Origin: Rubrimonas sp.
GTDB lineage: Bacteria; Pseudomonadota; Alphaproteobacteria; Rhodobacterales; Rhodobacteraceae
NCBI GenBank assembly: GCA_036735545.1
Contig: DAINOD010000007.1
Span: 2,972 to 66,971 of the forward strand
DNA: 64,000 nt
Direction: 5' to 3'
Part shown: positions 1 through 9,902 of the stretch, piece after piece
Position numbering within the stretch: the stretch's first letter is position 1
How the letters are laid out: the number at the start of each line of letters is the position of its first letter
Made by a program: the position numbers and the translations under genes
Notes under the pieces: model-generated
The model's input: the letters and a program-made list of their open reading frames with translations, nothing else
The model's database searches: none
What the model was told of the DNA's origin: nothing

Positions 1-1972
1 CGCCGGTCTCGATCAGGTGCGCGACGAAGTTGCCGGCGTCGAGCGCAGGGTCGGCCATGGCGTAGAGGTCGAGGTCGATCAGCCAGACCCTTTCGCCGTC
101 GATCAGCGCTTGCTCGGGGTGAAAATCCCGGTGCGCCGGAGACGGCGCCGGTTCGGGCATGGCGCCCGCCAACGCGACGGCCGCCTCGGCGAGCGCCGCC
201 GTCGGCAGCGACGGCGCCGCCGCAGCTCCCTCCGCAAGCGCGCGTTCCAGAACGACGAGTTCGTCGCGAAGCGTCCACCGCCGCGCCGTCGACGGACCCA
301 GCCGGCGCAGCTTGGCCAGCGCCGCGCCGACCCTCGCCGCAGGCCACGGGTCGGCGCCCGGCGTGAGAAGATCGGCCGCGGGCCGGCCGGGAACGTGCGC
401 CTGAAGCCACATCGACAGGGCGGGCGTCATGCCGAGCGGCGCAGGGGTGGCGATCCCGTCGGGCGCCGCCTCGACGAACCCGACGGCGCGCAAGCTCGCC
501 GACAGCCGCGCCGCCCGCGCGTCGAGGCCCTTGGCGCGCAGTTTCCCCAGCGCGGCGACCTCGCCGTCCGCCCCCTGCAGCCGGTACGCGACCAGCGCGC
601 GGCGACCATGCTTCAGGCGGATGAGGCGCGGTCGGCCCTGCGGCGCCTTCGCCCCCGTGGCGTCGGCCAGCGCCTGCGCCGCCCCTTGGCGCGACAGCGC
701 CCGCGCGAGGGTGGCGGCGAAGGGTCCGGGGCCGTCCAGCGCCGCCTCGGCCCGCTCGAGGAGAGCGGCGGCGCGGGCCGGCCAGTCGCGGCGGCGCTCG
801 CGAAAGCCCTCGACCGTCAACCTCAGCAGCGCGGCGGCGGCCTGGGCGGCGTGCGGGAACGGGGGCTCGGCCCGCCCGGCGTAGCCTGCGACCAGCGCCT
901 CCTGCGCGCGGGCGGCGTCGGCTTCGGAGACGACGCCGTCGAGCGCCTGCGCCTCGAGCCGGCCGCGGAACGCGCCGAAATCGGCGGCCGGGTCGCCGTC
1001 GCACGCTTCGTCCCAGTCGATGACGCCAGCGCGCCGCCCGTCCCACAGCGCCTGATCGGCGGTGAAGTCGCCGTGGATGAGCCGGGTCGCCCCGGGAGCC
1101 GCGAGGAGCGCCGCCGCGATGCGGGATGCCAGCGCGCGGGCCACGCCGCCGAGGTCGGGCAGCAGCCGCGCCAGCGTCTCGGCGGTGGCGGCGAGCGCCG
1201 TGGCGGTCCGCGCGCCGTGGTCGTCACGCACGAGACGCAGCGGCGTCCGGTGCAGTTCGGCGAGCGCGCGCCCCGCCGCGGCGATCCCGTCGAGATCGAC
1301 GCGTCCCGACGCCTCGGGGCAAAGCGTGGCGCCTTCGGTCCAGCGCACGGCGAAGGCGCGCAACGGCGCCGAGGCGCCCATCAGGCGCGGCCCGCCCGCG
1401 GTCTGGGCGGCCGCCGCGCCCGCCAGCGCGCGAGGATAGTCGGTCTCGTTGGACACCTTGAGCACCGCTATCGCCGATCCGGCGCGATCGATCCGCGCGA
1501 CGAAGCGGCGCTCCGGCTTCCAGCGCAGCGGCGTCAGCGTCAGGTCGCCGCTCTTGTCGAGCAGGCGGCGCAGGTGCTTGTCGGCGCGCTCGGGGTCGTC
1601 GAGGCGCGACAGGGCGCGCAGGCCGGGGTCCTCGCGCCGGTCGCGGATCAGGATGCGCGCGCCGTCGAGGCGGCGCGGCAGACGGCCGTCGGGCAGCCGC
1701 GGCGCCGCCCATTTCGAGTTCGCGTCGACCGTCGCCCAGCGGTCGGCGGTCACGGCCTTGGCCGAGATCTCGCGCCCGCACGACAGCCGGAACCCCGCAA
1801 GGCAGCTCTCGCCGGGCTTGTAGCGCAGGTAGAGCGGCCGGGCGCCTGCAACGCCGGCCGCCGCGGCGAAGGCCGTCGCGTCGAGCAACAGGCGCAGGCC
1901 GGGCAGACCGGGGTCGGCGGCGACAAGGGCGGCGTCCGCCGCGGCGCCGCAGGGGATGGCGTCACGCGGCAT
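1..1972 (-). CDS. tandem APH/ChoK-fold phosphotransferase (kinase-like) protein; C-terminus lies beyond the window edge
   Basis: Absent from the ORF track because it runs off the left edge. My reverse-strand translation from ATG at 1970-1972 (overlapping the TGA of the upstream ABC gene) stays open to nt 1 with G/C-rich third positions. Two kinase cores are present: ATRLIHGDFTADQALWDGRRAGVIDWDEA (plus ~1000-1095) and PAHRDFHPEQALIDGERVWLIDLDLYAM (plus ~55-140). Each has the catalytic-loop HxD plus DxD metal motif of the aminoglycoside/choline kinase fold, so the fold is duplicated. Confidence 0.6.
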   Translation of the reverse strand, partial: MPRDAIPCGAAADAALVAADPGLPGLRLLLDATAFAAAAGVAGARPLYLRYKPGESCLAGFRLSCGREISAKAVTADRWATVDANSKWAAPRLPDGRLPRRLDGARILIRDRREDPGLRALSRLDDPERADKHLRRLLDKSGDLTLTPLRWKPERRFVARIDRAGSAIAVLKVSNETDYPRALAGAAAAQTAGGPRLMGASAPLRAFAVRWTEGATLCPEASGRVDLDGIAAAGRALAELHRTPLRLVRDDHGARTATALAATAETLARLLPDLGGVARALASRIAAALLAAPGATRLIHGDFTADQALWDGRRAGVIDWDEACDGDPAADFGAFRGRLEAQALDGVVSEADAARAQEALVAGYAGRAEPPFPHAAQAAAALLRLTVEGFRERRRDWPARAAALLERAEAALDGPGPFAATLARALSRQGAAQALADATGAKAPQGRPRLIRLKHGRRALVAYRLQGADGEVAALGKLRAKGLDARAARLSASLRAVGFVEAAPDGIATPAPLGMTPALSMWLQAHVPGRPAADLLTPGADPWPAARVGAALAKLRRLGPSTARRWTLRDELVVLERALAEGAAAAPSLPTAALAEAAVALAGAMPEPAPSPAHRDFHPEQALIDGERVWLIDLDLYAMADPALDAGNFVAHLIETG

Positions 1973-3747
1973 GGTGCGCCTCCGTCCTGTCCCACAGGGC
2001 GGCGTAGCGGCGGTCGGTCGCGATCAGCCGGGCGTGCGGTCCGTCCGCCACGATGCGCCCGCCTTCCAGCATCACGACGCGCCCGCAGGCCGCGGCCAGC
2101 GCGGGATCGTGCGTGACGACGAGCGTCGTGCGGCCAGCGGCGAGCGCGGGCAGCGCGGCGGCCACGGCCGCGGCGTTCTCGGGGTCAAGCCCGGCGGTCG
2201 GCTCGTCCAGGATCAGCACGGCCGCGTCGCGGAGCGCGGCGCGCGCGAGGCCGACGCGGCGGCGCTGGCCCTCCGATAGCGCCCCGCCGCGCTCGCCCGC
2301 CTCGGTGGCGTAGCCCGCAGGCAGCGCGGCGATGAAGCCGTGCGCCCCGGCCCGCCGCGCCGCCGCTTCGATCGCGGCGGGCGCGACATCGGGGCCAGCG
2401 CCGAGCGCGATGTTCTGCGCCACGGTCCCGGCGAACAGCAGCGCGTCCTGCGGCGCGACGGCGACGGCGGCGCGCAGGCTGTCGAGGGTGAGATCGCGCA
2501 GGTCGATCCCGTCGAGGCTCACCGAGCCCGCATCGGGGTCGTGCAGCCGGACGACGAGGCCCGCCAGCGTGGTCTTTCCCGCCCCGGACGGCCCCACAAC
2601 CGCCACCGCCTCGCCCACGGCGATCGACAGGTCGAGCCCGTCGAGCGCCGGCGCCGCGCGGTCGTGACCGAAGCGAACGCCATCGAAGCGAAGGGCCCCG
2701 CGGATGGCGGGCGCCGGCCGGGCGTGGGGCGCGTCGCGCACCTCGGGCGTCGCATCGAGCAGATCGGCGACCCGGTCGCCCGCAGCCGAGGCCTTGGCGA
2801 GGCGGGCGGCGTATTTGGCGTAGTCGCGCACCGGGCGGTAGGCGTTCTTGAGGTAGGTGAGGAACACGATCAGATCGCCCGGCGTGAGCAGCCCCGCCTG
2901 CACCGAGAGCGCACCGCGCCACAGCACGACGGCCAGCGACAGGGCCACCAGCAGGTCCACGGCGCCCTCCATGCGCGCGGCCAGCCGCTTCGCCTTCACG
3001 CCCTCCTTCATGCTGCGGGCGTTGGGCCCCCGGAAGGCGGCCGCCGCGCGGTCCTCAAGCCGCAGCGCCTGCACGGTGCGGATCGCGCCCAGCGTCTCGG
3101 CGGCGGTCGCGGCCATGGCGCCCTCGCGCGCGCGCTGGACCTTGCTGACGTCGCGGATGCGGCGGCCGAAGCGCAGGGTGGTCAGCCACAGCAGGGGCAG
3201 CGGCGCGAAGGCGAGCAACGCGAGGCGCCAGTCGAGAACCAGCATCACCCCCGCCATGCCGAGCAGGATCAGCAGATTGGCCGCAAGCGGGAGGGCGGCG
3301 GTGACCATCACCTCCTTCAGCATGCCGACATCGCCGATCAGCCGCATCGTCAGGTCGCCGGTGCGGGCGCGGCCGTGAAAGCCGGGCGAGAGGCGCAGGA
3401 CGTGGCGGAAGGCGTCCTCGCGCACCCGCGTCAGCACCCGGACGCCCGCAAGGGCGAAGCCGACCGTCGCGCCGTAGGATGCGACCGCCCGGAGACCGAC
3501 CGCCGCGACCAGCGCCGCGGCGCAGAGCGCGAACAGCGTCGCCGTGTCGAGCCCGGCCAGCGCCGCGGGACCCGCCGCGCCCGCCAGCGCGTCGATGACC
3601 AGCTTCAGCGGCCATGGCTCCAGCAGCTTGAACGCCGTGGCGCCGATCAGGGCGAGGGTGGCGCCGCCGATCAGCCCGCGCTCCCGCCGCAGGTAGGGTC
3701 CGAAGCGGCGCAGCAGGCGGCGCATGCCGCCCGCGGTCGCGGCCATC
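1962..3747 (-). CDS. ABC exporter, fused 6-TM permease + ATPase (MsbA/ABCB type)
   Basis: ORF 1962..4301 minus. Its first ~185 aa are Arg-rich and overlap the upstream GT gene, so I moved the start to MAATAGGMRRLLRRFGPYLRRERGL (3747; alternative ATG 3726). Exporter TM domain, then Walker A GPSGAGKTTL, signature LSEGQRRRVGLARA and Walker B VLILDEPTAGLD. Confidence 0.85.
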
Positions 3748-3769
3748 CCCTCCGGGCGCCTCGCGCGCT

Positions 3770-4930
3770 TCACGCCGCGTCCTTTCGCCGGTCGAGCCCC
3801 ACGACGGCCAGGATGCGCGCCACCGCGGCGTCCCAGCCCAGTTCGTCCGCCGCGCGCGTGCGCGCCGCGGCGCCCAGACGGGCGGCGAGCGCCGGGTCTT
3901 GGGCCAGCCCGATCAGCGCCGCGCCGAGGGCCGCGCCATCGTCGGGCGTCGTCAGCAGCCCGTCGACGCCCTCGCGCACAACCTCGGGCAGATGGCCGAT
4001 GCGGCTCGCGACCACCGGCAGACCGGCGGCCATGTACTCGTAGATCTTGAGCGGCGAGAAATAGAACGGCTGGCGGGCGCTGTAGGGTGCGACGCCGACG
4101 CTCATCCGCCGCATCAGGCCGGGGACGTCCGCGGCGTCGACGGCGCCGGTCAGCGTCGCGCGATCGCTGAGCCCGCGGGCGGCGAGATCGGCCTCGAGCG
4201 CCGGGCGCCCTGGCCCGTCGCCGACGACGAGCAGCCGCGCGTCCGGGCGCGCCGTCGCCAGCCGGGCGAACCCGGCGACGAGCGTCGCGAGGTCGTGCCA
4301 CGGCTTCAGCGTGCCGACGAAGCCGACCGTGAAGGCGACGGGCTGGTGTTCAGCGGGGCGGAACAGCGCGGCGTCGACGCCATTGGCGACCACATGAACC
4401 CGACCGCGCGCCTCGGCGAAACCCTCCAGCCAGTCGCCGACCGCGGGCGAGACCGCGACCAATGCGTGCGCGGCCCCGTAGGCGCGCCGTGCGGCGCGTT
4501 CGGCGATCCCGGGCATGGGCAGGGTCCGGGCGCGAGCCTGCTCCTCCAGAAGGGGCGCGTTCACCTCCAGCACCGTGCGCGCGCCGGAGGCCGCGCCGCC
4601 GCGCATCGCCGCCCAGCTCCACAAGGCGTGACGCTCGTAGACGAGGTCGAAGGGCCCGGCCCGGGCGAGCGTGCGTCGCGTCGCGGCGTTGGCGGCCAGC
4701 GCGGCGCGCGCCCGGTCCTCAGCGTCGCCGCCGCGCGGCATGTCGAGGGGCGCGACGGCGAGGTCGGCGAGGTCGGCCGGGGCGTCGCCGCCGGTCCGCG
4801 CGGCGAAAAGCGTCACCTCCGCCCCGCCGCGGCGCAATGCGCGGACGACCGCGCGCACATGGTTCGAGGCGCCCTTGGTACCGAACACCGGGACGCCCGC
4901 ATCGGCGCAGACATAGGCGACGCGCATCAC
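3770..4930 (-). CDS. glycosyltransferase family 4 (GT-B, retaining type)
   Basis: ORF 3770..4930. N-terminus MMRVAYVCADAGVPVFGTKGASNHVRAVVRAL. C-terminal EX7E-like region FYFSPLKIYEYMAAGLPVVASRIGHLPEVVREG. 4-nt overlap with the upstream GT gene. Confidence 0.85.
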   Translation of the reverse strand: MMRVAYVCADAGVPVFGTKGASNHVRAVVRALRRGGAEVTLFAARTGGDAPADLADLAVAPLDMPRGGDAEDRARAALAANAATRRTLARAGPFDLVYERHALWSWAAMRGGAASGARTVLEVNAPLLEEQARARTLPMPGIAERAARRAYGAAHALVAVSPAVGDWLEGFAEARGRVHVVANGVDAALFRPAEHQPVAFTVGFVGTLKPWHDLATLVAGFARLATARPDARLLVVGDGPGRPALEADLAARGLSDRATLTGAVDAADVPGLMRRMSVGVAPYSARQPFYFSPLKIYEYMAAGLPVVASRIGHLPEVVREGVDGLLTTPDDGAALGAALIGLAQDPALAARLGAAARTRAADELGWDAAVARILAVVGLDRRKDAA

Positions 4931-6186
4931 GCAGCCCCCCGCAGCGGCGAGGCCGCCCGCCGCGCCGCGATCTCGGTGAAGATGTCGCGCAGCCGCGCGG
5001 CGTTGACGTCGATGTCGAAGTCCCGCTCGATCCGCGCCCGCCCCGCCAGAGACAGGCGCGCGCGCAGGGCTGCGTCCGCCAGCAGCGCCTCCATGCGGTC
5101 CGCCAGCGTGTCGGGGTCGCCTTCGGCGGCGATCAGCCCTGTCTCGCCGTCGGCCACCAGTTCGGGGATTCCGGTCACGTCCGTGGCGACGCAGGGCAGG
5201 CCGACGGCCATCGCCTCCAGCAGCACGGTCGGCAGGCCGTCGCGGTTGCCGTCTTCGCCGACGATGCAGGGCGCGGCGAGCAGCGCCCCCCGCCGCATGG
5301 TCGCGATCACCTCGGCCTGGGGCCGCGGCCCCGCCAGCGTCGCGACGTCGGACAGGCCGCTGCGCGCGATCTGCGCCCGGAGCCGGCCTTCCTCGGGACC
5401 GGAGCCGATGATGCGCAGGGTGAAGTCCGCGCCGCGCTCGCGCATCAGGCGACAGGCCTCGATCAGGACGTGAAAACCCTTCTTCTCGATCAGCCGGCCG
5501 ACCGCCACGATCTCGCGCGCCGCGGGAACGGCGCCGGAGAAGGGCAGGCCGCGCAGGTCGAGGCCGTTGTAGACCAGCGTCGTATCCGCGCCGAAGGTCC
5601 GCGCGAGATGGCGGCGGTTGAAGTCGGAGATCGTCACGACCGCCTCGGCGTCGCGCAGCTTGACGTCGAGGTGGATCGGCTCGGGATACTGGTAGTAGAT
5701 GTCCTTCGCGTGGGCGGTGAAGCTGTAGCCGATCCCGGCGAAGGACGCCGCCAGCCGCGCGACCGTGGTCGCCACCGTGCCGAAATGGGCGTGAAGGTGC
5801 CCGATGCGTCGCTGTCTCACCTGCAAGGCGAGGGTGACCGCCTGCACGAGGTCGTCGGGGTTCACCTCCTCCACGGCGCCGAGCGCGCGCCAGAAACCCG
5901 GCAGGTCCCGCCGGGCGGCGGCCAGAAGGGTCCAGAACGCGGGGGCGTTGCGCATCTTCTCGGGGATGCGGATCACCGGCGCCTGCACGCGCGCGACCGC
6001 GTCCTGGAAATGGGTCTCGGCGACCGGGCGCAGCGGGAAGATGTCGATCGAGAGGCCCGCACGCTCGTGAGCCAGGACCTCGTGCACGATGAAGGTCTCG
6101 GAATAGCGCGGATAGCGCTTGAGAACGTAGCCGACGCGCAGGCCTTCGGTCGTGGGCGCAGGCACGGTCACGGTGGGGTCGAGCAT
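4927..6186 (-). CDS. glycosyltransferase family 4 (WcaL-like)
   Basis: ORF 4927..6186. N-terminal RVGYVLKRYPRYSETFIVHEVLAHERAG and C-terminal GLPTVLLEAMAVGLPCVATDVTGIPELV (GT4 EX7E region). Confidence 0.85.
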   Translation of the reverse strand: MLDPTVTVPAPTTEGLRVGYVLKRYPRYSETFIVHEVLAHERAGLSIDIFPLRPVAETHFQDAVARVQAPVIRIPEKMRNAPAFWTLLAAARRDLPGFWRALGAVEEVNPDDLVQAVTLALQVRQRRIGHLHAHFGTVATTVARLAASFAGIGYSFTAHAKDIYYQYPEPIHLDVKLRDAEAVVTISDFNRRHLARTFGADTTLVYNGLDLRGLPFSGAVPAAREIVAVGRLIEKKGFHVLIEACRLMRERGADFTLRIIGSGPEEGRLRAQIARSGLSDVATLAGPRPQAEVIATMRRGALLAAPCIVGEDGNRDGLPTVLLEAMAVGLPCVATDVTGIPELVADGETGLIAAEGDPDTLADRMEALLADAALRARLSLAGRARIERDFDIDVNAARLRDIFTEIAARRAASPLRGAA

Positions 6187-6217
6187 GGAGTTCTCCTTCC
6201 TCGGGTCGGGCCGCGGA

Positions 6218-7429
6218 TCAGGCCACGTCGGCGTCGAAAAGGTCGGGGTCGATCTCGGGGCGGGGCGCGACGGTCTCGGTAGGCGCGCGCACGAGCGCCG
6301 CGGCCTCCGCGACGACGCGGTCGAGACCGCCGAAATCGAGGGCGACGCACGGCGGCGCGGCGGGCTGGGCGAGCCATGCCGCGATGGCCGCGGGGGTCGC
6401 GGCTTCCGGCGCCAGCGTGTCGACGAGGCCGAGCGCGGCGAACCTTTCGGCGCGGATCGCCTGTTCGCGGCGCGGGCGGACGCGCGGGACCAGCAGGGTC
6501 GGCTTGCCGAGCGCCAGCGCCTCGATGGTCGTGTTGTAGCCGCCCATGGCGACGACCCGCTCGGCGCCGGCCATCAGCACCATGGCCTCGGCGCTCTCGT
6601 CGAGCACGGTCACGGCGGGGTTGTCGGCGGCGATCGCGCGGACCTGCGCTCGCGCCTCCGGCGGGGCCATCGAACCGAGGAGGACCACGCCGCGCAGCCC
6701 CTCGGGCATCGGGGCGGCCGCGAAGGCGGCGGTCAGCGCCGCGCCGTCCTGCCCGCCGCCCGCGGCGCACAGGACGTAGCGCCCTTCGACCGGCGAACGC
6801 TCCGTGGTCGTCGCGAGGCGACCGCGCGGGTCGAGATAGCCGAGATGGCGCACGCGCGGCGCGATGTCGGGGCCGAAGCCGTATTCCCGGTCGGCCCGGC
6901 AGACCTCGGGATCGCCATAGACCCAGATCGCGTCGAACCAGGCGCCGGCCGCCTCGTAGCAGCGGGTCCGCCACCACTGGCGGCGCACGGCGCCGGGCTC
7001 GTCGAGAATGTCGCGCAGCCCCAGCACGCAACGGGTGGCGCCGCGCTTGCGCAGCGCCTTCAGGACCGGCGCGAGTTCGCCCTCGGCGCCCCGCGGCGCG
7101 TTGTCCACGACGAAGACGTCAGGGCGGAACTGGTCGAGCGCCGCGCTGATCACGGCCCCGCGCAGCGACGCCAGCGCGCCGACCCCGCCCGGCAGGTCGC
7201 GGGGCGCGTATCGCCCGTCGGCGTCCTTGCGCCAGCCCGGCAGCGTGACGAGATCGGCGCCGGGAGGCAGCGCGAAGCGGCCCGCTTCGCGCATCCCCGA
7301 CAACAGCAGCACCGCAGCGCCGAGCGGAGGCCGCACGAAGGCCTGGGCGAGCAGCAGGTTGCGGCGAAAATGGCCCAGCCCCATCGTGTCGTGCGAATAG
7401 AGCGCGATCCTTGGCTGTGCGGTCTCCAT
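6218..7429 (-). CDS. MurG/GT28-like predicted glycosyltransferase (COG4671-like)
   Basis: ORF 6218..7429. RIALYSHDTMGLGHFRRNLLLAQAF at the N-terminus and VVAMGGYNTTIEALALGKPTLLVP near the C-terminus match my recollection of this family. First gene of the minus-strand operon. Confidence 0.7.
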   Translation of the reverse strand: METAQPRIALYSHDTMGLGHFRRNLLLAQAFVRPPLGAAVLLLSGMREAGRFALPPGADLVTLPGWRKDADGRYAPRDLPGGVGALASLRGAVISAALDQFRPDVFVVDNAPRGAEGELAPVLKALRKRGATRCVLGLRDILDEPGAVRRQWWRTRCYEAAGAWFDAIWVYGDPEVCRADREYGFGPDIAPRVRHLGYLDPRGRLATTTERSPVEGRYVLCAAGGGQDGAALTAAFAAAPMPEGLRGVVLLGSMAPPEARAQVRAIAADNPAVTVLDESAEAMVLMAGAERVVAMGGYNTTIEALALGKPTLLVPRVRPRREQAIRAERFAALGLVDTLAPEAATPAAIAAWLAQPAAPPCVALDFGGLDRVVAEAAALVRAPTETVAPRPEIDPDLFDADVA

Positions 7430-7521
7430 GCGGCCCGGACCTCCTGTCGCGGCGCGCGCCGGACGCGCACGCTTTGTGTGTGAACAACGTGCGAAGGTTG
7501 CGTCTCATTCCCGTGACGTCA

Positions 7522-7587
7522 GATTAGATTTTGCTGAGAACTGTCGTCAGCCATTGAAAACAGGGGTTTGGCCCTGATTAGATTTTG
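7522..7587. promoter_or_regulatory. two direct copies of GATTAGATTTTG (7522-7533 and 7576-7587, 54 bp start to start) in the divergent GT-operon/HK intergenic region
   Basis: Read directly from the sequence. The region is locally AT-richer. The first copy is immediately preceded by the perfect palindrome TGACGTCA (7514-7521). Direct repeats about 5 helical turns apart would suit an OmpR-type regulator, but no binding evidence exists. Confidence 0.35.
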
Positions 7588-7634
7588 ATGAGGAGGCGGA
7601 TGCGCCACGTGAACCGACGTCTCGGGGAAGATCC

Positions 7635-9188
7635 ATGACCACCATCCGCACGCGGATCGCCCTCGTTCACGGCGCCTTGCTGGTCGCGGTCGTGGCGTTC
7701 TGCCTCGCCCTGCTCGCAATCCTCGACGCGGCCGAACGTCGGCGCGCCGAGCAGATGGCGTCCTACGAGCAGCTTCGCGCGATCGATCTCGTGCAGGCGC
7801 GCGCCAACCGGTTTTCCGAGCAGATAGCCGAACTCTTCATCCTCGGCCCCTCGGCCTATCGCGACCTGCACGAGGCGCGGGTGTCGCTGATCGAGGCGAT
7901 CGAGGGGCTCGAGACGCTGTGGCGCCTGGAGTCGGTGCAGGATGGGGCGCGGACGGCTCCCGGCGGGACCAACCGGATGACGACCGTCGCCGTGGCCCTC
8001 GACGAGACTGCGGCCGAGATCCGCGCGATGCTCTCCGCAGGGCGCGCAGACGACGCGGCCGTCCTTTTCGAGGAGACGGTCGAGCACGGGCTGGGTCTGC
8101 GCATGAAGCGGCTGATCGCAGAGGCCGCCGCCGCCGAGGAACAGCAGGTCGTCGCAGCAGCCGTCGCCGGCGAGGCGCTTCGGCGACGCGCCGTCCAGAT
8201 GAGCGTCGGCCTCGCCATCGCCGTGGTCGCGCTGACCGCGGGCGCGGCCCTGTTCCTGAACCGCAACATCTCCCGACCGATCGTCGCGCTCTCCGACGCG
8301 GCCGACGCCCTTGGCCGCGGGCTCGCCCCGACCGCAGCCCCCGAAGGCGACGACGAACTCGGCCGTCTGGGCCGCAGGTTCAACGTCATGGCCGCCGAGA
8401 TAACCCGCGGTCGCGCACGGCTGGAGGAGACGGTCGCCGAGCGAACCCGCGAACTCTCCCGACGCAGCGAGGATCTCGAGCGCGCGAACGAGCGGCTCAG
8501 GGGGCTCGAAGCCGCGCGCGCCCGGTTCTTCGCCGAGATCAGCCACGAGTTGCGCACTCCGCTGACCGTGATCCGCACCGAGGCCGAAGTGGCGCTGCGC
8601 ACCGGCGCCGACGACCCGGCCGCGCTGCGCGACGCCGTCGAAACCGCCGCGCGGAAGGCGCGCCAGATGGGCGATCTGGTCGACAATCTGATGTTTCTGG
8701 CCCGACTGGAGGGCGCGGAGTGGACGGTCGACGCAGCGCCGGTGGCGTTGAAGGGGCTGGTGGACGAGGCCGTCGAGGATGGCGCCGTGCTGGCGCGGCC
8801 CGAGGGGGTGCGCGTGCGGGCCGTCGAGCCCATCGCTCCGGTGACTGTGCGCGGCGACGCGGCGCGGCTGCACCAGGTGATGCTGATCCTGCTCGACAAC
8901 GCGGTGAAGTTCTCCCCGCCGGACGGTCGGATCGACGTGGAGCTTGTCGCGTCGCACGGGCAGGCGGTGTTGGCCGTGTCCGACGCCGGACCAGGCTTCA
9001 GCCCGACCGATCGGCGCCGCGCCTTTGAGCGGGTGCGCCGCAGCGGCGACCGCCCGGGCTCGGGGCTGGGCCTGTCCATCGCCCGCTGGATCGTCGAGAA
9101 GCACGGCGGCGTCATCCGGATCGACACCAGCCTCAGCGGCGGCGCGCGGGTCGAGGTGCGGCTGCCGCTCGCTGACGAAGCGGCATGA
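7635..9188 (+). CDS. sensor histidine kinase (TM - periplasmic region - TM - HAMP - HisKA - HATPase_c)
   Basis: ORF 7635..9188. N-terminal TM LLVAVVAFCLALLAIL, second TM GLAIAVVALTAGAALFL. H-box FFAEISHELRTPLTVI, N-box LLDNAVKFSPPDG, G-boxes DAGPGF and GSGLGLSIA. Confidence 0.9.
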   Translation: MTTIRTRIALVHGALLVAVVAFCLALLAILDAAERRRAEQMASYEQLRAIDLVQARANRFSEQIAELFILGPSAYRDLHEARVSLIEAIEGLETLWRLESVQDGARTAPGGTNRMTTVAVALDETAAEIRAMLSAGRADDAAVLFEETVEHGLGLRMKRLIAEAAAAEEQQVVAAAVAGEALRRRAVQMSVGLAIAVVALTAGAALFLNRNISRPIVALSDAADALGRGLAPTAAPEGDDELGRLGRRFNVMAAEITRGRARLEETVAERTRELSRRSEDLERANERLRGLEAARARFFAEISHELRTPLTVIRTEAEVALRTGADDPAALRDAVETAARKARQMGDLVDNLMFLARLEGAEWTVDAAPVALKGLVDEAVEDGAVLARPEGVRVRAVEPIAPVTVRGDAARLHQVMLILLDNAVKFSPPDGRIDVELVASHGQAVLAVSDAGPGFSPTDRRRAFERVRRSGDRPGSGLGLSIARWIVEKHGGVIRIDTSLSGGARVEVRLPLADEAA

Positions 9189-9874
9189 CCGCCCGCCGCA
9201 TCCTGCTTGTCGAGGACGAGGCGGACATCGCGCGAGCGCTGGTTCGGGGTCTCAGCCGGGAGAGCTACCTCGTCGATCATGCTGCGACGTTGCGGCAGGC
9301 TCGCGCGCTGATGGCCGAGGCGGATCATCCGATGGTCGTCGTCGATCGCATCCTGCCCGATGGCGACGGAGTCGACCTGTGCCGGGCGCTGCGCGCGCAG
9401 GGGTCGCAGGCGATGATCCTGCTGCTCACCGCGCGCGACGCCATCGCCGACCGGGTCGAGGGCCTGCGCGCCGGGGCCGACGACTACCTCACCAAGCCGT
9501 TCGCCTTCGAGGAGCTGCTCGCCCGCATGGACGCCGTGGCGCGGCGAGCGCCCGAGCCGCAACACGAGGCCGCGCTCGTCGTCGGCGCGCTGGAGATCGA
9601 CCCGTCGATCCGCGGCGCCCGCCTGGCGGGGCGGGAGATCGCGCTCACCGCGCGCGAATTTGCGCTGCTGGGGTGCCTCGCCGCGCGCCCGGGCCGCGCC
9701 GTGGCGAAAGCCGACATCCTGCGCGAAGTGTGGGGCTATGGCTTCGACCCCGGCACCAACATCGTCGAGGTCTATGTGCGCTACCTGCGCCAGAAGCTGC
9801 AGGCCGACGGCGACGCGCCCCTGATCGAGACCGTGCGGGGGCACGGCTATCGGCTGACGCGGACGGAAAGTTGA
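9185..9874 (+). CDS. OmpR/PhoB-family response regulator
   Basis: ORF 9185..9874. ATGA overlap with the kinase gene. Receiver ILLVEDEADIARAL ... VVVDRILPDGDG ... LTKPF. Winged-helix output REVWGYGFDPGTNIVEVYVRYLRQKL. Confidence 0.9.
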   Translation: MTARRILLVEDEADIARALVRGLSRESYLVDHAATLRQARALMAEADHPMVVVDRILPDGDGVDLCRALRAQGSQAMILLLTARDAIADRVEGLRAGADDYLTKPFAFEELLARMDAVARRAPEPQHEAALVVGALEIDPSIRGARLAGREIALTAREFALLGCLAARPGRAVAKADILREVWGYGFDPGTNIVEVYVRYLRQKLQADGDAPLIETVRGHGYRLTRTES

Positions 9875-9902
9875 CCGGTCGCGCGGCCAGGCGGGCGCCG
9901 GC

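Noticed and set aside
17-2116. 699-aa plus-strand ORF at the left edge.
   Set aside because: The translation is Arg-rich and low-complexity. The opposite strand encodes kinase-fold motifs (HGDF..IDWD, HRDF..IDLD) and the C-terminus of the ABC exporter with proper third-position bias.
1962-3747. ABC exporter considered as the type I secretion ATPase for the RTX protein.
   Set aside because: It is 45 kb away and embedded in a glycosyltransferase operon. It lacks an adjacent MFP/TolC gene and any N-terminal C39/CLD-like extension. An MsbA-like lipid or glycolipid exporter is the simpler reading.
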